From contig SLMM01000051.1 of assembly GCA_007133565.1 (NCBI GenBank), positions 1-62,575 of the forward strand: a stretch of 62,575 bases of DNA, given 5' to 3'. The stretch comes from Bacteroidales bacterium. GTDB taxonomy: Bacteria > Bacteroidota > Bacteroidia > Bacteroidales > PUMT01. Positions 37,291-47,069 of this stretch are shown here, piece by piece (the first letter of the stretch is position 1; each line of letters begins with the position of its first letter). The notes under the pieces were generated by a model. The model was not told the origin of the DNA and made no database searches. It saw only the letters and a list, made by a program, of their open reading frames with translations. A program made the translations under genes and the position numbers.

Positions 37291-39177
37291 TTACGGCCCG
37301 TTACCTGATTGTGGCCGGCCGAATTTCTTTTCAATTTCCTGATGATTAATAATAGTAATAACAGGTTTGCCATCAGGTGAGTAGCTTGGTATGTCACAAG
37401 CAAAAAGCTTATCCACAATCTCCTGCATCTCTTCCCTGTTTAGTTGCTTGCCATAATTTATGGCTGATGACCTGGCCAGGTTAAAGGCAATCCTCTCATT
37501 TTTACTTTCGCTCAGGGAACTGTCCTGAGAGCTGGCGGCTGCAAGCAGGTCGCCGATCATTTCTGCAGGATCGGCGACACCTGTCTCAACAGGGCATCCT
37601 GAAATGATGATGGTGTTGCGCCCGAAATCCCGTATGTCAAATCCAAAAGCGGCAAGGTCGGGTTTAAGCTCTTTCAGAAGCTGGTAATCGGTTGGACTGA
37701 GCCCCATGGTTACCGGGTATAGTTGCTGCTGCGCCACCAATGACCCTGTCCTGATTTTCTTCAGCAGCTTCTCATAGAGTATTCGCTCATGGGCACGTTT
37801 CTGGTCGATAATCATCAGGCCCGATTTTACCGGGGAGAGTATGTATCTGCCTTTGAGCTGCATCAATGCAGGCCCTGATGTATCAAGGTCCTTATCCCGC
37901 AGGTTACCCGCGTCGGAAATCGCATCTGCGCTGCCGGCTGCTGTGATGGCCTGTTCCGGGGTGTTTACTGCCTTTTCAGAATCAAAGCCACTGTAAAGAT
38001 CCTCCCAGTTGCCTATCCTGCTCCTCAGGCTCTCCTGCCGGGAATGGCGAGACTTACCACCCGGTTCAATGTCAAAAGGATTGTACCCGGGATCAATCTT
38101 TATATCAGGCGGGGATGGCTCATTGCCCGGCCGGGTTAAAGGTATATCGATCCTCCCTTCAGTGTCAAAATCTATTGAGGGTACAAGATTGAACTTGCCC
38201 AGTGCCTCCCTTACCGATGCCAACAGTATCTGCCATACAGCCTTTTCATTCTCAAACTTGATCTCTGTCTTGGTTGGATGGATGTTTACATCGATCGATG
38301 CAGGGTCGGCTTCAAACCATATGAAATATGATGGTATCGTATCGGGAGGGATTAGTTTTTCGTAAGCTTTCATTACGGCCTTGTGCATCCAGGGATGCCT
38401 CATGAAGCGGCTGTTGATAAAAAAGAATTGCTCGCCGGTCGATTTTTTGGCATATTCCGGTTTTGCAATATACCCTTTGATTGTTGCAACGCTGGTCTCT
38501 GTTTTAATTTCAACAAGGTGCTGATTGATATTTTTACCGAAAGTGTGGATTATGCGTTGCCGGTACCCGGCAGGGGGCAGGTGGAGAATTTCGGTGCCTT
38601 CATTACTGAGTGAAAACTCGATTTGTGGATTTGCAAGGGCAATACGCTGAAACTCTGTGATTATATGTTTTAGTTCGGTTGAATTTACTTTCAGAAACTT
38701 CCTCCGGGCGGGGACATTAAAGAAAAGGTTCCTGACAGTGAACCTGGAGCCTGACTGACAGGCTGAAGGCTCCTGCTTAACTATGTCTGATCCCCTGATC
38801 CCGATAAGTGTACCAACCTCGTCGCAGCTCCTTTTTGTCTGTATTTCAAGCTCTGCCACAGCGGCAATCGAAGCAAGCGCCTCCCCCCTGAAACCCATGG
38901 TTTTTATTGCAAACAGATCGCTGGCTTCCCTTATCTTTGAGGTGGCATGCCTCTCTGCCGACAGCCGGGCATCAGTCTCACTCATCCCGCAGCCGTTGTC
39001 TGTTACCTGCACCAGGTTTTTCCCCGCCTCACGAATATAAACACTTATAACAGTGCTGCCGGCATCGACCGAATTTTCCATCAGCTCCTTAACTACCGAG
39101 GCGGGCCTTTGAATTACTTCACCCGCGGCAATCTGGTTTGCCACGGAATCGGGCAACAATTGAATGATGTCTGCCAT
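37291..39177 (-). CDS. mutL: DNA mismatch repair protein MutL
   Basis: IQLLPDSVANQIAAGEVIQRPASVVKELMENSVDAG (GHKL ATPase N-terminus) and a C-terminal dimerisation/endonuclease domain. Confidence 0.97.
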   Translation of the reverse strand: MADIIQLLPDSVANQIAAGEVIQRPASVVKELMENSVDAGSTVISVYIREAGKNLVQVTDNGCGMSETDARLSAERHATSKIREASDLFAIKTMGFRGEALASIAAVAELEIQTKRSCDEVGTLIGIRGSDIVKQEPSACQSGSRFTVRNLFFNVPARRKFLKVNSTELKHIITEFQRIALANPQIEFSLSNEGTEILHLPPAGYRQRIIHTFGKNINQHLVEIKTETSVATIKGYIAKPEYAKKSTGEQFFFINSRFMRHPWMHKAVMKAYEKLIPPDTIPSYFIWFEADPASIDVNIHPTKTEIKFENEKAVWQILLASVREALGKFNLVPSIDFDTEGRIDIPLTRPGNEPSPPDIKIDPGYNPFDIEPGGKSRHSRQESLRSRIGNWEDLYSGFDSEKAVNTPEQAITAAGSADAISDAGNLRDKDLDTSGPALMQLKGRYILSPVKSGLMIIDQKRAHERILYEKLLKKIRTGSLVAQQQLYPVTMGLSPTDYQLLKELKPDLAAFGFDIRDFGRNTIIISGCPVETGVADPAEMIGDLLAAASSQDSSLSESKNERIAFNLARSSAINYGKQLNREEMQEIVDKLFACDIPSYSPDGKPVITIINHQEIEKKFGRPQSGNGP

Positions 39178-39185
39178 ACCTGTTA

Positions 39186-39485
39186 CTAATAGTAAATGAT
39201 GTACCAGGCGAGTGCGAGGAGTACAAGCAGTATTATCAGAAGCCTTATGTTGGAAGCGTGCTTTTCTTTTTTTACAGTTTTGAAGTAGCCCCTCATCTGC
39301 CCCTTTATATTGCTCTTGTAATCACCCTTGAAGTATTTGTTGCCGTCAGGCTGGTCGCCGGTTATGCCCATCTCGGCTTTTATCTGGGCAATACGCTTGT
39401 CCAGGGCCTCCTTACGCTCATCATAGTACCTGGGTTTGTAATGGAACTGTTTTGTTTTTGGCAATCTGAAAAATCTGGCTATCAT
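39186..39485 (-). CDS. hypothetical tail-anchored small membrane protein (99 aa), probably co-transcribed with mutL
   Basis: ATG ORF with a -7 box 14 nt upstream. Basic N-terminal region and a single C-terminal TM (IRLLIILLVLLALAWYIIYY). The stop is 8 nt before the mutL start. Confidence 0.55.
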   Translation of the reverse strand: MIARFFRLPKTKQFHYKPRYYDERKEALDKRIAQIKAEMGITGDQPDGNKYFKGDYKSNIKGQMRGYFKTVKKEKHASNIRLLIILLVLLALAWYIIYY

Positions 39486-39499
39486 CTTTCCTTTTTTTG

Positions 39500-39507
39500 C
39501 AAAGTTA
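39500..39507 (-). promoter_or_regulatory. candidate -7 box (TAACTTTG on the minus strand) for the small-ORF/mutL block
   Basis: The + strand reads CAAAGTTA, 14 nt upstream of the minus-strand ATG at 39485. Confidence 0.4.
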
Positions 39508-39636
39508 CGGCAAAATTGGCGGTTTTTAAAAAACGACGTTGTTACTCATATATAGCGGGCCCTTCGTGGCAAGATTCTGTGAAGGGGATAAAAAAAGTGT
39601 TACTTTTAACTTTCTTTTACGTATAGTTATATTGAA

Positions 39637-40203
39637 ATGGATGATTTGAGATACGGATTTGAAGAGGCCCGCCTGCTGATTGACAGGTTTCTGCAGGATT
39701 CTGCAAATTTTGAGAAGATTGATGCCGCGGGCAGGCTTATGGTTCAGTCGCTTGCCGGAGGCGGGAGGATAATATCGTGCGGGAACGGCGGATCGATGTG
39801 TGATGCAATGCATTTTGCAGAGGAGATGACAGGATGCTTCAGGGATGACCGTCCCCCCCTTGCTGCGATAGCAATAAGTGATCCGTCACACATCACCTGC
39901 ACGGCAAACGACTATGGATTTGAAAATATTTTCTCCCGGTATATCGAAGCCTTAGGAAGCAGCGAAGACCTTCTGCTCGCAATCAGTACAAGCGGCAATT
40001 CGGAAAACGTTCTGAAAGCTGCGGTAAGTGCCCGGGATAAAGGGATGAAGGTGGTGGCACTTACCGGCAATGACGGGGGAGAGCTTGCATCTCTTGCCGA
40101 TGTGGAGATCAGGGTGCCACATGCTGGGTATTCCGACAGGATACAGGAAATGCACATAAAAATAATTCATGCGCTTATTCATTTTGTAGAAAAAAATTTG
40201 TAA
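39637..40203 (+). CDS. gmhA: SIS-domain phosphoheptose isomerase (GmhA/DiaA family)
   Basis: ..GGRIISCGNGGSMCDAMHFAEE......R..L.AIA.........NDYG....F.R......DLLLAISTSGNS.N...A. Confidence 0.8.
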   Translation: MDDLRYGFEEARLLIDRFLQDSANFEKIDAAGRLMVQSLAGGGRIISCGNGGSMCDAMHFAEEMTGCFRDDRPPLAAIAISDPSHITCTANDYGFENIFSRYIEALGSSEDLLLAISTSGNSENVLKAAVSARDKGMKVVALTGNDGGELASLADVEIRVPHAGYSDRIQEMHIKIIHALIHFVEKNL

Positions 40204-40210
40204 ATTGAAT

Positions 40211-40912
40211 ATGAAGATTGGGGTTACTCGGTTTTTCAGGCTGTCTTTCCTGATTGGACTGGTTGCCATTGCATTTTGCCAGGCAGGCTGTGAAGGCGAT
40301 CCTTCCGGGGAGGAACCTGATATTTATGGAACGTGGACTGATACAACTGACGGAACAGTTTACCGCACCCTTACACTGGGCGACCAGGTATGGATGGTTG
40401 AGAATATAAACAGGGGAGAGATGATAGAAGGGGGCAGTGACCAGCAGGATAACGGGGTGATCGAGAAGTACTGTTATGATGACAACCCTGTTCTTTGCGA
40501 GAAATATGGCGGACTGTACCAGTGGGGCGAAGCAATGCAGTACAGCTCACAGGAGAGCTCACAGGGCGTATGCCCCCCGGGATGGCACATACCGTCGGAC
40601 AGCGAGTGGAAGATACTGGAGATTTTTTTGGGTATGTCACGTGAAGATGCCGATGATATTCTCTGGAGGGGCACAGGTTACGGGCATCGGCTGCAACCTG
40701 AAGGCGATACCGGCTTCGAAGCATTGAGGGGAGGCAACAGGTTTGTGACGGGGACTTTTAATCGCATCGGCACTTCGGGGTATTTCTGGACCTCTACCAG
40801 GGCGGAAGACGGACATGCCTGGAGGAGAGGGGTAGATATTAATGAGGAGGGGATATACAGATCGATAAACGACAAGTCCTTCGGCTTTTCAGTCCGCTGC
40901 ATCAGCTACTGA
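40211..40912 (+). CDS. FISUMP domain lipoprotein (Fibrobacter succinogenes major paralogous domain, TIGR02145-like)
   Basis: Lipobox ..AIAFCQAGC, then ..YGGLYQWGEAM....CPPGWHIPSDSEWKILE....GYFWTST.. Confidence 0.75.
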   Translation: MKIGVTRFFRLSFLIGLVAIAFCQAGCEGDPSGEEPDIYGTWTDTTDGTVYRTLTLGDQVWMVENINRGEMIEGGSDQQDNGVIEKYCYDDNPVLCEKYGGLYQWGEAMQYSSQESSQGVCPPGWHIPSDSEWKILEIFLGMSREDADDILWRGTGYGHRLQPEGDTGFEALRGGNRFVTGTFNRIGTSGYFWTSTRAEDGHAWRRGVDINEEGIYRSINDKSFGFSVRCISY

Positions 40913-40954
40913 TTGAACCATGCCTCGCCAGGGGCCTATATAAAGTCGTTGGGA

Positions 40955-42493
40955 ATGCTTGTTAAAACATTTGGTTCGGCTCTTACCGGCATAGACGCCA
41001 TTATAGTGACCGTTGAGGTGAGTATCACCCGCGGGGTGAGTTTCTTCATGGTCGGACTGCCCGACAACGTTGTCAGGGAAAGCCAGCAGCGGATAGCTAC
41101 GGCACTCGAAAATACCGGTTTCCGGATGCCGGGGCGCCGCATTGTTATCAACATGGCGCCTGCCGGAATACGTAAAGAGGGGACGGCCTGGGACCTCACT
41201 CTTGCCACCGGTATCCTCGCCGCCTCGGGGCAGATCCCTGCTGATAATCTTGGCGACTATATTATTATGGGTGAGCTGTCGCTCGACGGCAGCCTGAGGC
41301 CGGTAAGAGGAGCCCTGCCGATAGCAATCAAATCTGCCGGTGAAGGTTTCAGGGGTTTCATCCTGCCTGAACAGAATGCACGTGAAGCTGCCATAGTTAA
41401 GGGACTTGAGGTGTACGGGGCATCGCGGCTGCAGGAGGTGGCAGATTTTTTCAGGGGGAAGAAGAAATTAAAAAGAGTCATGGTTGATGCCAGGCAGGAG
41501 TTCATGAGTGGCATCGAAGAAAAAGGAGAGGATTTTGCAGATGTCAGGGGCCAGGAGAATGTGAAGAGAGCCCTTGAAATTGCGGCGTCAGGCGGGCATA
41601 ATGTCCTGATGATAGGTTCTGCAGGTTCCGGCAAGACCATGCTGGCCCGAAGGCTACCGACGATTTTGCCCCCGCTGACACTGAGGGAGTCTCTTGAAAC
41701 TACAAAGATTCATTCTGTGGCAGGAAAGACCGGCAACAGCCACTCGCTGATGACCAGGCGACCTTTCCGGTCACCACACAGCAGCATAAGTTCCGCAGCC
41801 ATGGCTGGTGGCGGCTCCGTTCCCCAGCCCGGCGAAGTTTCCCTGTCTCATAACGGGGTTCTGTTTCTCGATGAGCTCCCTGAATTTCAGCGTTCAGTGC
41901 TGGAGGTGATGAGGCAGCCTCTGGAGGACAGGATGGTTGAGATCTCAAGGGCCCGGTACTCGGTTTGCTACCCTGCCGGGTTTATGCTGGTGGCCTCAAT
42001 GAACCCCTGCCCGTGCGGCTATTATAACCATCCTGACAAAGATTGTGTTTGTCCCCCGGGAACGGTAAGGAAATACCTCAACAGGATATCCGGGCCCCTG
42101 CTTGACCGGATTGATATCCATATCGAGGTTGTGCCGGTGCCATTTGAAAAGCTGAGTCAACATAACAGCGCCGAAGTCTCGGCTGCTGTCAGAAAACGTG
42201 TTGCTGCGGCAAGGCATATTCAGGAGGAGCGTTTTGCAGGCCTGGCCGATGTGCACTGCAACGCACAGATGAATACGAAAATCCTGAGAGAATACTGTAA
42301 AACGGGTAATGCAGGGAACCTGCTGCTGAAAAATGCTATGCAGAAACTGGGCCTTTCTGCACGGGCTTACGACCGTATTCTGAAACTCGCGCGGACAATA
42401 GCTGACCTGGAAGGCAGCCGGTTGATCGAAACTGCACATCTTGCCGAAGCAATACAATACCGGAGTCTCGACCGTGAGGTGTGGGCGGGATGA
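40955..42493 (+). CDS. comM: YifB/ComM family Mg-chelatase-like AAA+ ATPase
   Basis: MLVKTFGSALTGIDA..V.VEV....G...F.MVGLPD..V.ES..R; Walker A GSAGSGKTMLA; ..GVLFLDELPEF.. The ATG at 40955 is preferred over the track start 40913. Confidence 0.9.
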   Translation: MLVKTFGSALTGIDAIIVTVEVSITRGVSFFMVGLPDNVVRESQQRIATALENTGFRMPGRRIVINMAPAGIRKEGTAWDLTLATGILAASGQIPADNLGDYIIMGELSLDGSLRPVRGALPIAIKSAGEGFRGFILPEQNAREAAIVKGLEVYGASRLQEVADFFRGKKKLKRVMVDARQEFMSGIEEKGEDFADVRGQENVKRALEIAASGGHNVLMIGSAGSGKTMLARRLPTILPPLTLRESLETTKIHSVAGKTGNSHSLMTRRPFRSPHSSISSAAMAGGGSVPQPGEVSLSHNGVLFLDELPEFQRSVLEVMRQPLEDRMVEISRARYSVCYPAGFMLVASMNPCPCGYYNHPDKDCVCPPGTVRKYLNRISGPLLDRIDIHIEVVPVPFEKLSQHNSAEVSAAVRKRVAAARHIQEERFAGLADVHCNAQMNTKILREYCKTGNAGNLLLKNAMQKLGLSARAYDRILKLARTIADLEGSRLIETAHLAEAIQYRSLDREVWAG

Positions 42494-42554
42494 TAATCAA
42501 ACGCATTTTGAGCATAATTTCACGAATAGATACTCCATAATATCTTATTTTTTA

Positions 42555-42562
42555 TAAATTTG
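42555..42562 (+). promoter_or_regulatory. candidate -7 box (TAAATTTG) for hppA
   Basis: Exact TAnnTTTG match 115 nt upstream of the hppA ATG, in an AT-rich intergenic region. Confidence 0.4.
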
Positions 42563-42677
42563 TGACTGTTTTTTTAATATCAAGCAGCAATTAGCTGTAT
42601 ATCAATTATTTAAATTCAATAGAACTATTTTACATACTCAACTTCAATAATTAACTTAATAAAAAGGAGGAAATAAT

Positions 42678-44864
42678 ATGCCAGTAATTTTTTGGTTAGT
42701 GCCAATTGCTTCACTTTTTGCTCTTGGTTTTGCTTATTACTTTTTTAAGCAGATGATGGGCCATGATGAAGGAACTGACATGATGAGGAAAATCGCAAAT
42801 CATGTGCGCGAGGGTGCAGGGGCCTATCTACGTCAGCAATACAAAGTTGTAATAATGGTATTTGCAATTATCACAGCTATTTTTGCCATTATGGCCTATG
42901 TGCTGGGAATCCAGAATCCCTGGATGCCTTTTGCATTTCTTACCGGAGGTTTCTTTTCAGGTCTTGCCGGTTTTTTTGGTATGAAAGCCGCCACTTTTGC
43001 TTCGGCAAGGGTAGCCAATGCATGCCGTACTTCGCTTGATGGTGGATTAAAACTTGCTTTCCGTTCCGGTGCTGTAATGGGTCTTGTTGTTGTGGGACTT
43101 GTACTGCTTGATATTTCTGCATGGTTTTTAGTTCTTAACTGGGCTATTCCCGAGGCTGAGCCAGGATTAAAGCTGCTTACCATCACAGCCACCATGCTTA
43201 CATTCGGTATGGGTGCATCCACCCAGGCGCTCTTTGCCCGCGTCGGTGGTGGTATCTATACTAAGGCAGCCGATGTGGGTGCAGACCTGGTAGGGAAGAT
43301 CGAGGCCGGTATTCCCGAGGATGACCCGCGTAATCCTGCAACTATTGCCGATAATGTTGGTGATAATGTGGGTGATGTGGCTGGAATGGGTGCCGACCTG
43401 TTCGAATCTTTTGCAGCCTCCATCCTTGCAACTGCATTATTGGGTGCAGCCGCATTTTCCGGAACAGATCTGCAGTACAATGCCGTTATCGCCCCGATGC
43501 TTATAGCAGCAGTTGGCACTCTTCTTTCCATTGCAGGTGTTTTCATGGTTCGTACCAGGGAAGGAGCAACACAGAAGGAGTTGCTTAAATCACTTGGTAT
43601 TGGCGTAAATACCAGCGCCGGACTCATAGTTATTTTCTCGCTGGCGATCTTATATCTTTTGGGAATGCCCAATTACTGGGGTATATGGGGTTCAATTATC
43701 GTCGGACTGTTTGCAGGTATTGCCATTGGCCAGTCGACCGAATATTTTACAGCCTCTGCTTTCAAACCTACCCGTAAAATTGCTGAATCAGCTTCTACAG
43801 GACCCGCCACTCTTATTATAAGCGGTATAGGGACCGGACTTATTTCTGCAGCGGTTCCACTTGGAATAATCTGTGTTGCTATTACCCTTGCCTTCGGTTT
43901 CTCTTCAGGTTTCAGTTTTACCGCCGAGGCTCTGAACATGGGCTTGTATGGTATAGGTATTTCGGCCGTAGGATTGCTTTCCACACTTGGTATAACACTG
44001 GCCACCGATGCTTACGGGCCTATTGCCGATAATGCCGGTGGTAATGCCGAAATGTGCAAGCTTGGAGAAGAGGTTCGTAACCGCACAGATGCCCTTGATG
44101 CACTTGGAAATACGACTGCCGCTACAGGAAAAGGCTTTGCAATAGGTAGTGCTGCCCTTACTGCGCTGGCGCTGCTTGCTGCATATTTTGAGGAGGTCAA
44201 GATCATGATCGTAAAGTTCCTTGACCAGCCGATGATGCTGATAAATAATGTACCGGCAATTGATGCCCAGTTTATTGATTTTATACACCATTATGATATC
44301 CATCTGATGAACCCGCTGGTAATAGTAGGTATTCTGATAGGGGTACTTTCTGTTTTCATATTCAGCGGAATGACTATGAACGCCGTTGGCCGTGCGGCCC
44401 AGAAAATGGTTGATGAGGTACGTCGCCAGTTCAAGAGCATTCCAGGTATTATGGAAGGAAAAACAGAACCGGATTATGCACGTTGTGTTGAGATATCCAC
44501 AAAAGGTGCACAGAAGGAAATGATGATACCTTCCCTGGTTGCCCTGCTGATCCCCGTTATTGTTGCCCTGATATTTGGTGTTGCCGGTGTTGCAGGACTG
44601 CTTGTTGGAACAATTTCGTCAGGATTTGCAATGGCGATTTTCATGGCGAATGCAGGAGGTGCATGGGATAATGCCAAAAAGTACATTGAAGAAGGAAACT
44701 ATGGGGGCAAAGGTTCGGATAACCATAAGGCCGCCGTTGTTGGCGACACCGTGGGAGATCCTTTTAAGGACACTTCCGGGCCCAGCCTTAATATACTTAT
44801 CAAGCTGATGGTGATGGCTTCGGTTGTTACCGTTGGTGTTGCTGTAAGCTACAGTATTTTCTAA
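42678..44864 (+). CDS. hppA: membrane-integral ion-pumping pyrophosphatase, K+-dependent class
   Basis: ..[42 protein letters not shown]..; [18 protein letters not shown] (Ala rather than Lys after GNTT indicates the K+-dependent subfamily). Na+ versus H+ specificity cannot be called from the sequence alone. Confidence 0.95.
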   Translation: MPVIFWLVPIASLFALGFAYYFFKQMMGHDEGTDMMRKIANHVREGAGAYLRQQYKVVIMVFAIITAIFAIMAYVLGIQNPWMPFAFLTGGFFSGLAGFFGMKAATFASARVANACRTSLDGGLKLAFRSGAVMGLVVVGLVLLDISAWFLVLNWAIPEAEPGLKLLTITATMLTFGMGASTQALFARVGGGIYTKAADVGADLVGKIEAGIPEDDPRNPATIADNVGDNVGDVAGMGADLFESFAASILATALLGAAAFSGTDLQYNAVIAPMLIAAVGTLLSIAGVFMVRTREGATQKELLKSLGIGVNTSAGLIVIFSLAILYLLGMPNYWGIWGSIIVGLFAGIAIGQSTEYFTASAFKPTRKIAESASTGPATLIISGIGTGLISAAVPLGIICVAITLAFGFSSGFSFTAEALNMGLYGIGISAVGLLSTLGITLATDAYGPIADNAGGNAEMCKLGEEVRNRTDALDALGNTTAATGKGFAIGSAALTALALLAAYFEEVKIMIVKFLDQPMMLINNVPAIDAQFIDFIHHYDIHLMNPLVIVGILIGVLSVFIFSGMTMNAVGRAAQKMVDEVRRQFKSIPGIMEGKTEPDYARCVEISTKGAQKEMMIPSLVALLIPVIVALIFGVAGVAGLLVGTISSGFAMAIFMANAGGAWDNAKKYIEEGNYGGKGSDNHKAAVVGDTVGDPFKDTSGPSLNILIKLMVMASVVTVGVAVSYSIF

Positions 44865-44890
44865 AGATTTTTTCCTTTGACTTTTACCGG

Positions 44891-44920
44891 AAGCCTGCCG
44901 CAAAAACGGCAGGCTTTTTG
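44891..44920 (+). terminator. rho-independent terminator after hppA
   Basis: 10-bp stem AAGCCTGCCG / CGGCAGGCTT, loop CAAAAA, then a T-run. Confidence 0.8.
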
Positions 44921-45032
44921 CCGTGTGTGCCGTGCGTGACTGTGTAACCCGGCGGTTAATTCCAATGTTAACCCCGTTTCTACTACCTGGTTAGAAAAGG
45001 GCCTTGTCTTTCTTTCGGTAAAGGGGTTCAGT

Positions 45033-45794
45033 TCAGGAGGACAATGGCACGAATTCCTTTATTTCCATATTTTCGCCGTCAAAAACCCCATAAGTGAAGT
45101 GCCATATCCAGTCGCCCAGGTTAATGCACCTGCTTGTGCCGTTTCTGAGGGTGACATCGTAGGGAAGATGCCGGTGCCCGAACACAAAGTAATCGTAATG
45201 TTCCTTTTCCAGCATTCTGTTGGCAAATATCACGTGTTCTTCGGAGTTATCTCCCTTGTAATTGGTGATAATCTCATTGGAATATCGGCTGGCATGGGAG
45301 CATTTTTTTGCGAACCAGATTGCAAAATTGGGATGAAGCCTGGCAAAAAGCCACTGCAGTACAGGGTTGTTGAATACCGATTTAAGCATCCTGAAACCTC
45401 TGTCGTGATCAGCCACTCCGTCACCATGGGAAAGGTAGAACTTCCTGCCGTCAAACACCCTTGTCAGGGGGCCTCTGTGAATTGTCATTCCCGTTTCACC
45501 GGGAAGGTAATCGAACACCCAGATATCATGATTTCCAGTGAAGAAATGGACAGGAATACCGCGGTCGGTTAAACTTGCAATCTTTCCGAGCAACCGGGTG
45601 AACCCCCTCGGAACAACCCGCTTGTACTCAAACCAGAAATCAAATATGTCGCCCAAAAGATATATTTCCCGGGCATCTTTGCCTGCATTCTCGAGCCAGG
45701 TTACGAAAAGCCTCTCCCTTTCAAGGCTGGGGGCCGGCCCGGGGAGTCCGAAATGTGCATCGGAGGCAAAGTATATTTTCTTCTTTTCGTTCAA
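45033..45794 (-). CDS. lpxH: UDP-2,3-diacylglucosamine diphosphatase (LpxH-like metallophosphoesterase)
   Basis: KIYFASDAHFG...LLGDIFDFWFEY.....G......FTGNHD...GHRH are calcineurin-like motifs in the LpxH arrangement. Confidence 0.8.
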   Translation of the reverse strand: MNEKKKIYFASDAHFGLPGPAPSLERERLFVTWLENAGKDAREIYLLGDIFDFWFEYKRVVPRGFTRLLGKIASLTDRGIPVHFFTGNHDIWVFDYLPGETGMTIHRGPLTRVFDGRKFYLSHGDGVADHDRGFRMLKSVFNNPVLQWLFARLHPNFAIWFAKKCSHASRYSNEIITNYKGDNSEEHVIFANRMLEKEHYDYFVFGHRHLPYDVTLRNGTSRCINLGDWIWHFTYGVFDGENMEIKEFVPLSS

Positions 45795-45809
45795 AACAGG
45801 TGAGGCTTG

Positions 45810-47054
45810 TTAGTCCAGTACCCTGGCAAGGCGCCTTCTCAGTTCGGGAACTGACAGGTTTCTGGCCACAATGCCCACATCACGGTTTATAAGGTAATTG
45901 GCAGGTATCTGCTGCACATTGTAGGCCTGTGCTGCACTGAAGCTTCCTTCACCCAGCTCGGCAACATGAACCCATGGTAACTCCGAAAATTCAATGCTTC
46001 GCAGCCACTCCTCCCTGTCTCTTTCAACGGATACCTGATAAACCTGGAAACCCCTTTGGCGAAAAGCGTTGTATACGGGTATCAGGTCATGCGCAAACTG
46101 CACGCTTGCCTGATTAAGAGAAGAACCGAAGAATACCAGCTTGTATTTTTCGGGCAGTGAGTAAAGGCTGACATTCTCTCCGTCGGTCCCCGGCATATTG
46201 ATGTCAGGGTAAGTGGTCACCACATTGCCGCTTTGTTCTGCCATGGCTGCAAACCTGTAGGCTTCATATGCCCTCTCCTGATTTTCGGCGTCGGCTGCCA
46301 GTGCTCTCACATGCGGAGAACTGGGATAAAGCTTCATCAATGATTCGGCCACGATCTTCAAATACTGTATGTCACGGGTCTGATGCAGAACATAGGTGTC
46401 ATCGTCGAGTTGCTGATAGAGGGCTGTTATTGCTGCAAGAGATTCCATATTGTCAAGTATGAAGGCAATCGAGAAGTTACGCTGTTCCCTGATTATCTCC
46501 TCAAGCTCTTCGTTAATTTTTGCCTCCTCTTCCTCAAACCCCGGACCCTCTTCCAGCTCGATAATATCCTTCAGGAGGGGGTCAATCTGCCTTTTGGTGG
46601 CTATAAGCCGGTCGTTCAGCTTTTTCAGCAGTTCCGAACCTTCTGACCCTTCAACAGTATAGGTGCCCGGAAGGTTTGAAGCTACGGCCTCAATATTAAT
46701 TCTTTCACCCGGCTCTGCAAGCAGGGTTATAAAATTATTGTCTGCAATCCGTATCCTGTAAAAGGATGGAATAGAGATGCTTGTCCGAAACGTGAACTTC
46801 CCGTTGTTGCCAGGTTTGACCGAATCTATTGGTACAGGTCCGGTTACCTCCAGTTTATCAAGCCAGAGCATCTTGCCCGCACCCTCTTCAATATTGCCTG
46901 TTATTCGTACCCGGGATGTATCTCCGCAGGAGCTCATAATCAGGCCGAGACACAGCAAAAGCGCTGTGGCTGCAGGGACGAGTACTGGCTTGAGTATTTT
47001 CCTGCTCAGTTGTTTGTTACCGGCTCGTTTTTGTTTAAGTTCAGTCTTCGTCAT
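45810..47054 (-). CDS. DUF4369 + thioredoxin-fold lipoprotein, TlpA-like but lacking the CxxC motif
   Basis: Lipobox LGLIMSSC. The C-terminal domain aligns with the neighbouring paralogue, but at the active-site position it reads LVFFGSSLNQASVQF instead of LLDFWASWCSECREV. Confidence 0.7.
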   Translation of the reverse strand: MTKTELKQKRAGNKQLSRKILKPVLVPAATALLLCLGLIMSSCGDTSRVRITGNIEEGAGKMLWLDKLEVTGPVPIDSVKPGNNGKFTFRTSISIPSFYRIRIADNNFITLLAEPGERINIEAVASNLPGTYTVEGSEGSELLKKLNDRLIATKRQIDPLLKDIIELEEGPGFEEEEAKINEELEEIIREQRNFSIAFILDNMESLAAITALYQQLDDDTYVLHQTRDIQYLKIVAESLMKLYPSSPHVRALAADAENQERAYEAYRFAAMAEQSGNVVTTYPDINMPGTDGENVSLYSLPEKYKLVFFGSSLNQASVQFAHDLIPVYNAFRQRGFQVYQVSVERDREEWLRSIEFSELPWVHVAELGEGSFSAAQAYNVQQIPANYLINRDVGIVARNLSVPELRRRLARVLD

Positions 47055-47069
47055 GGTTAATAGGGTTGT

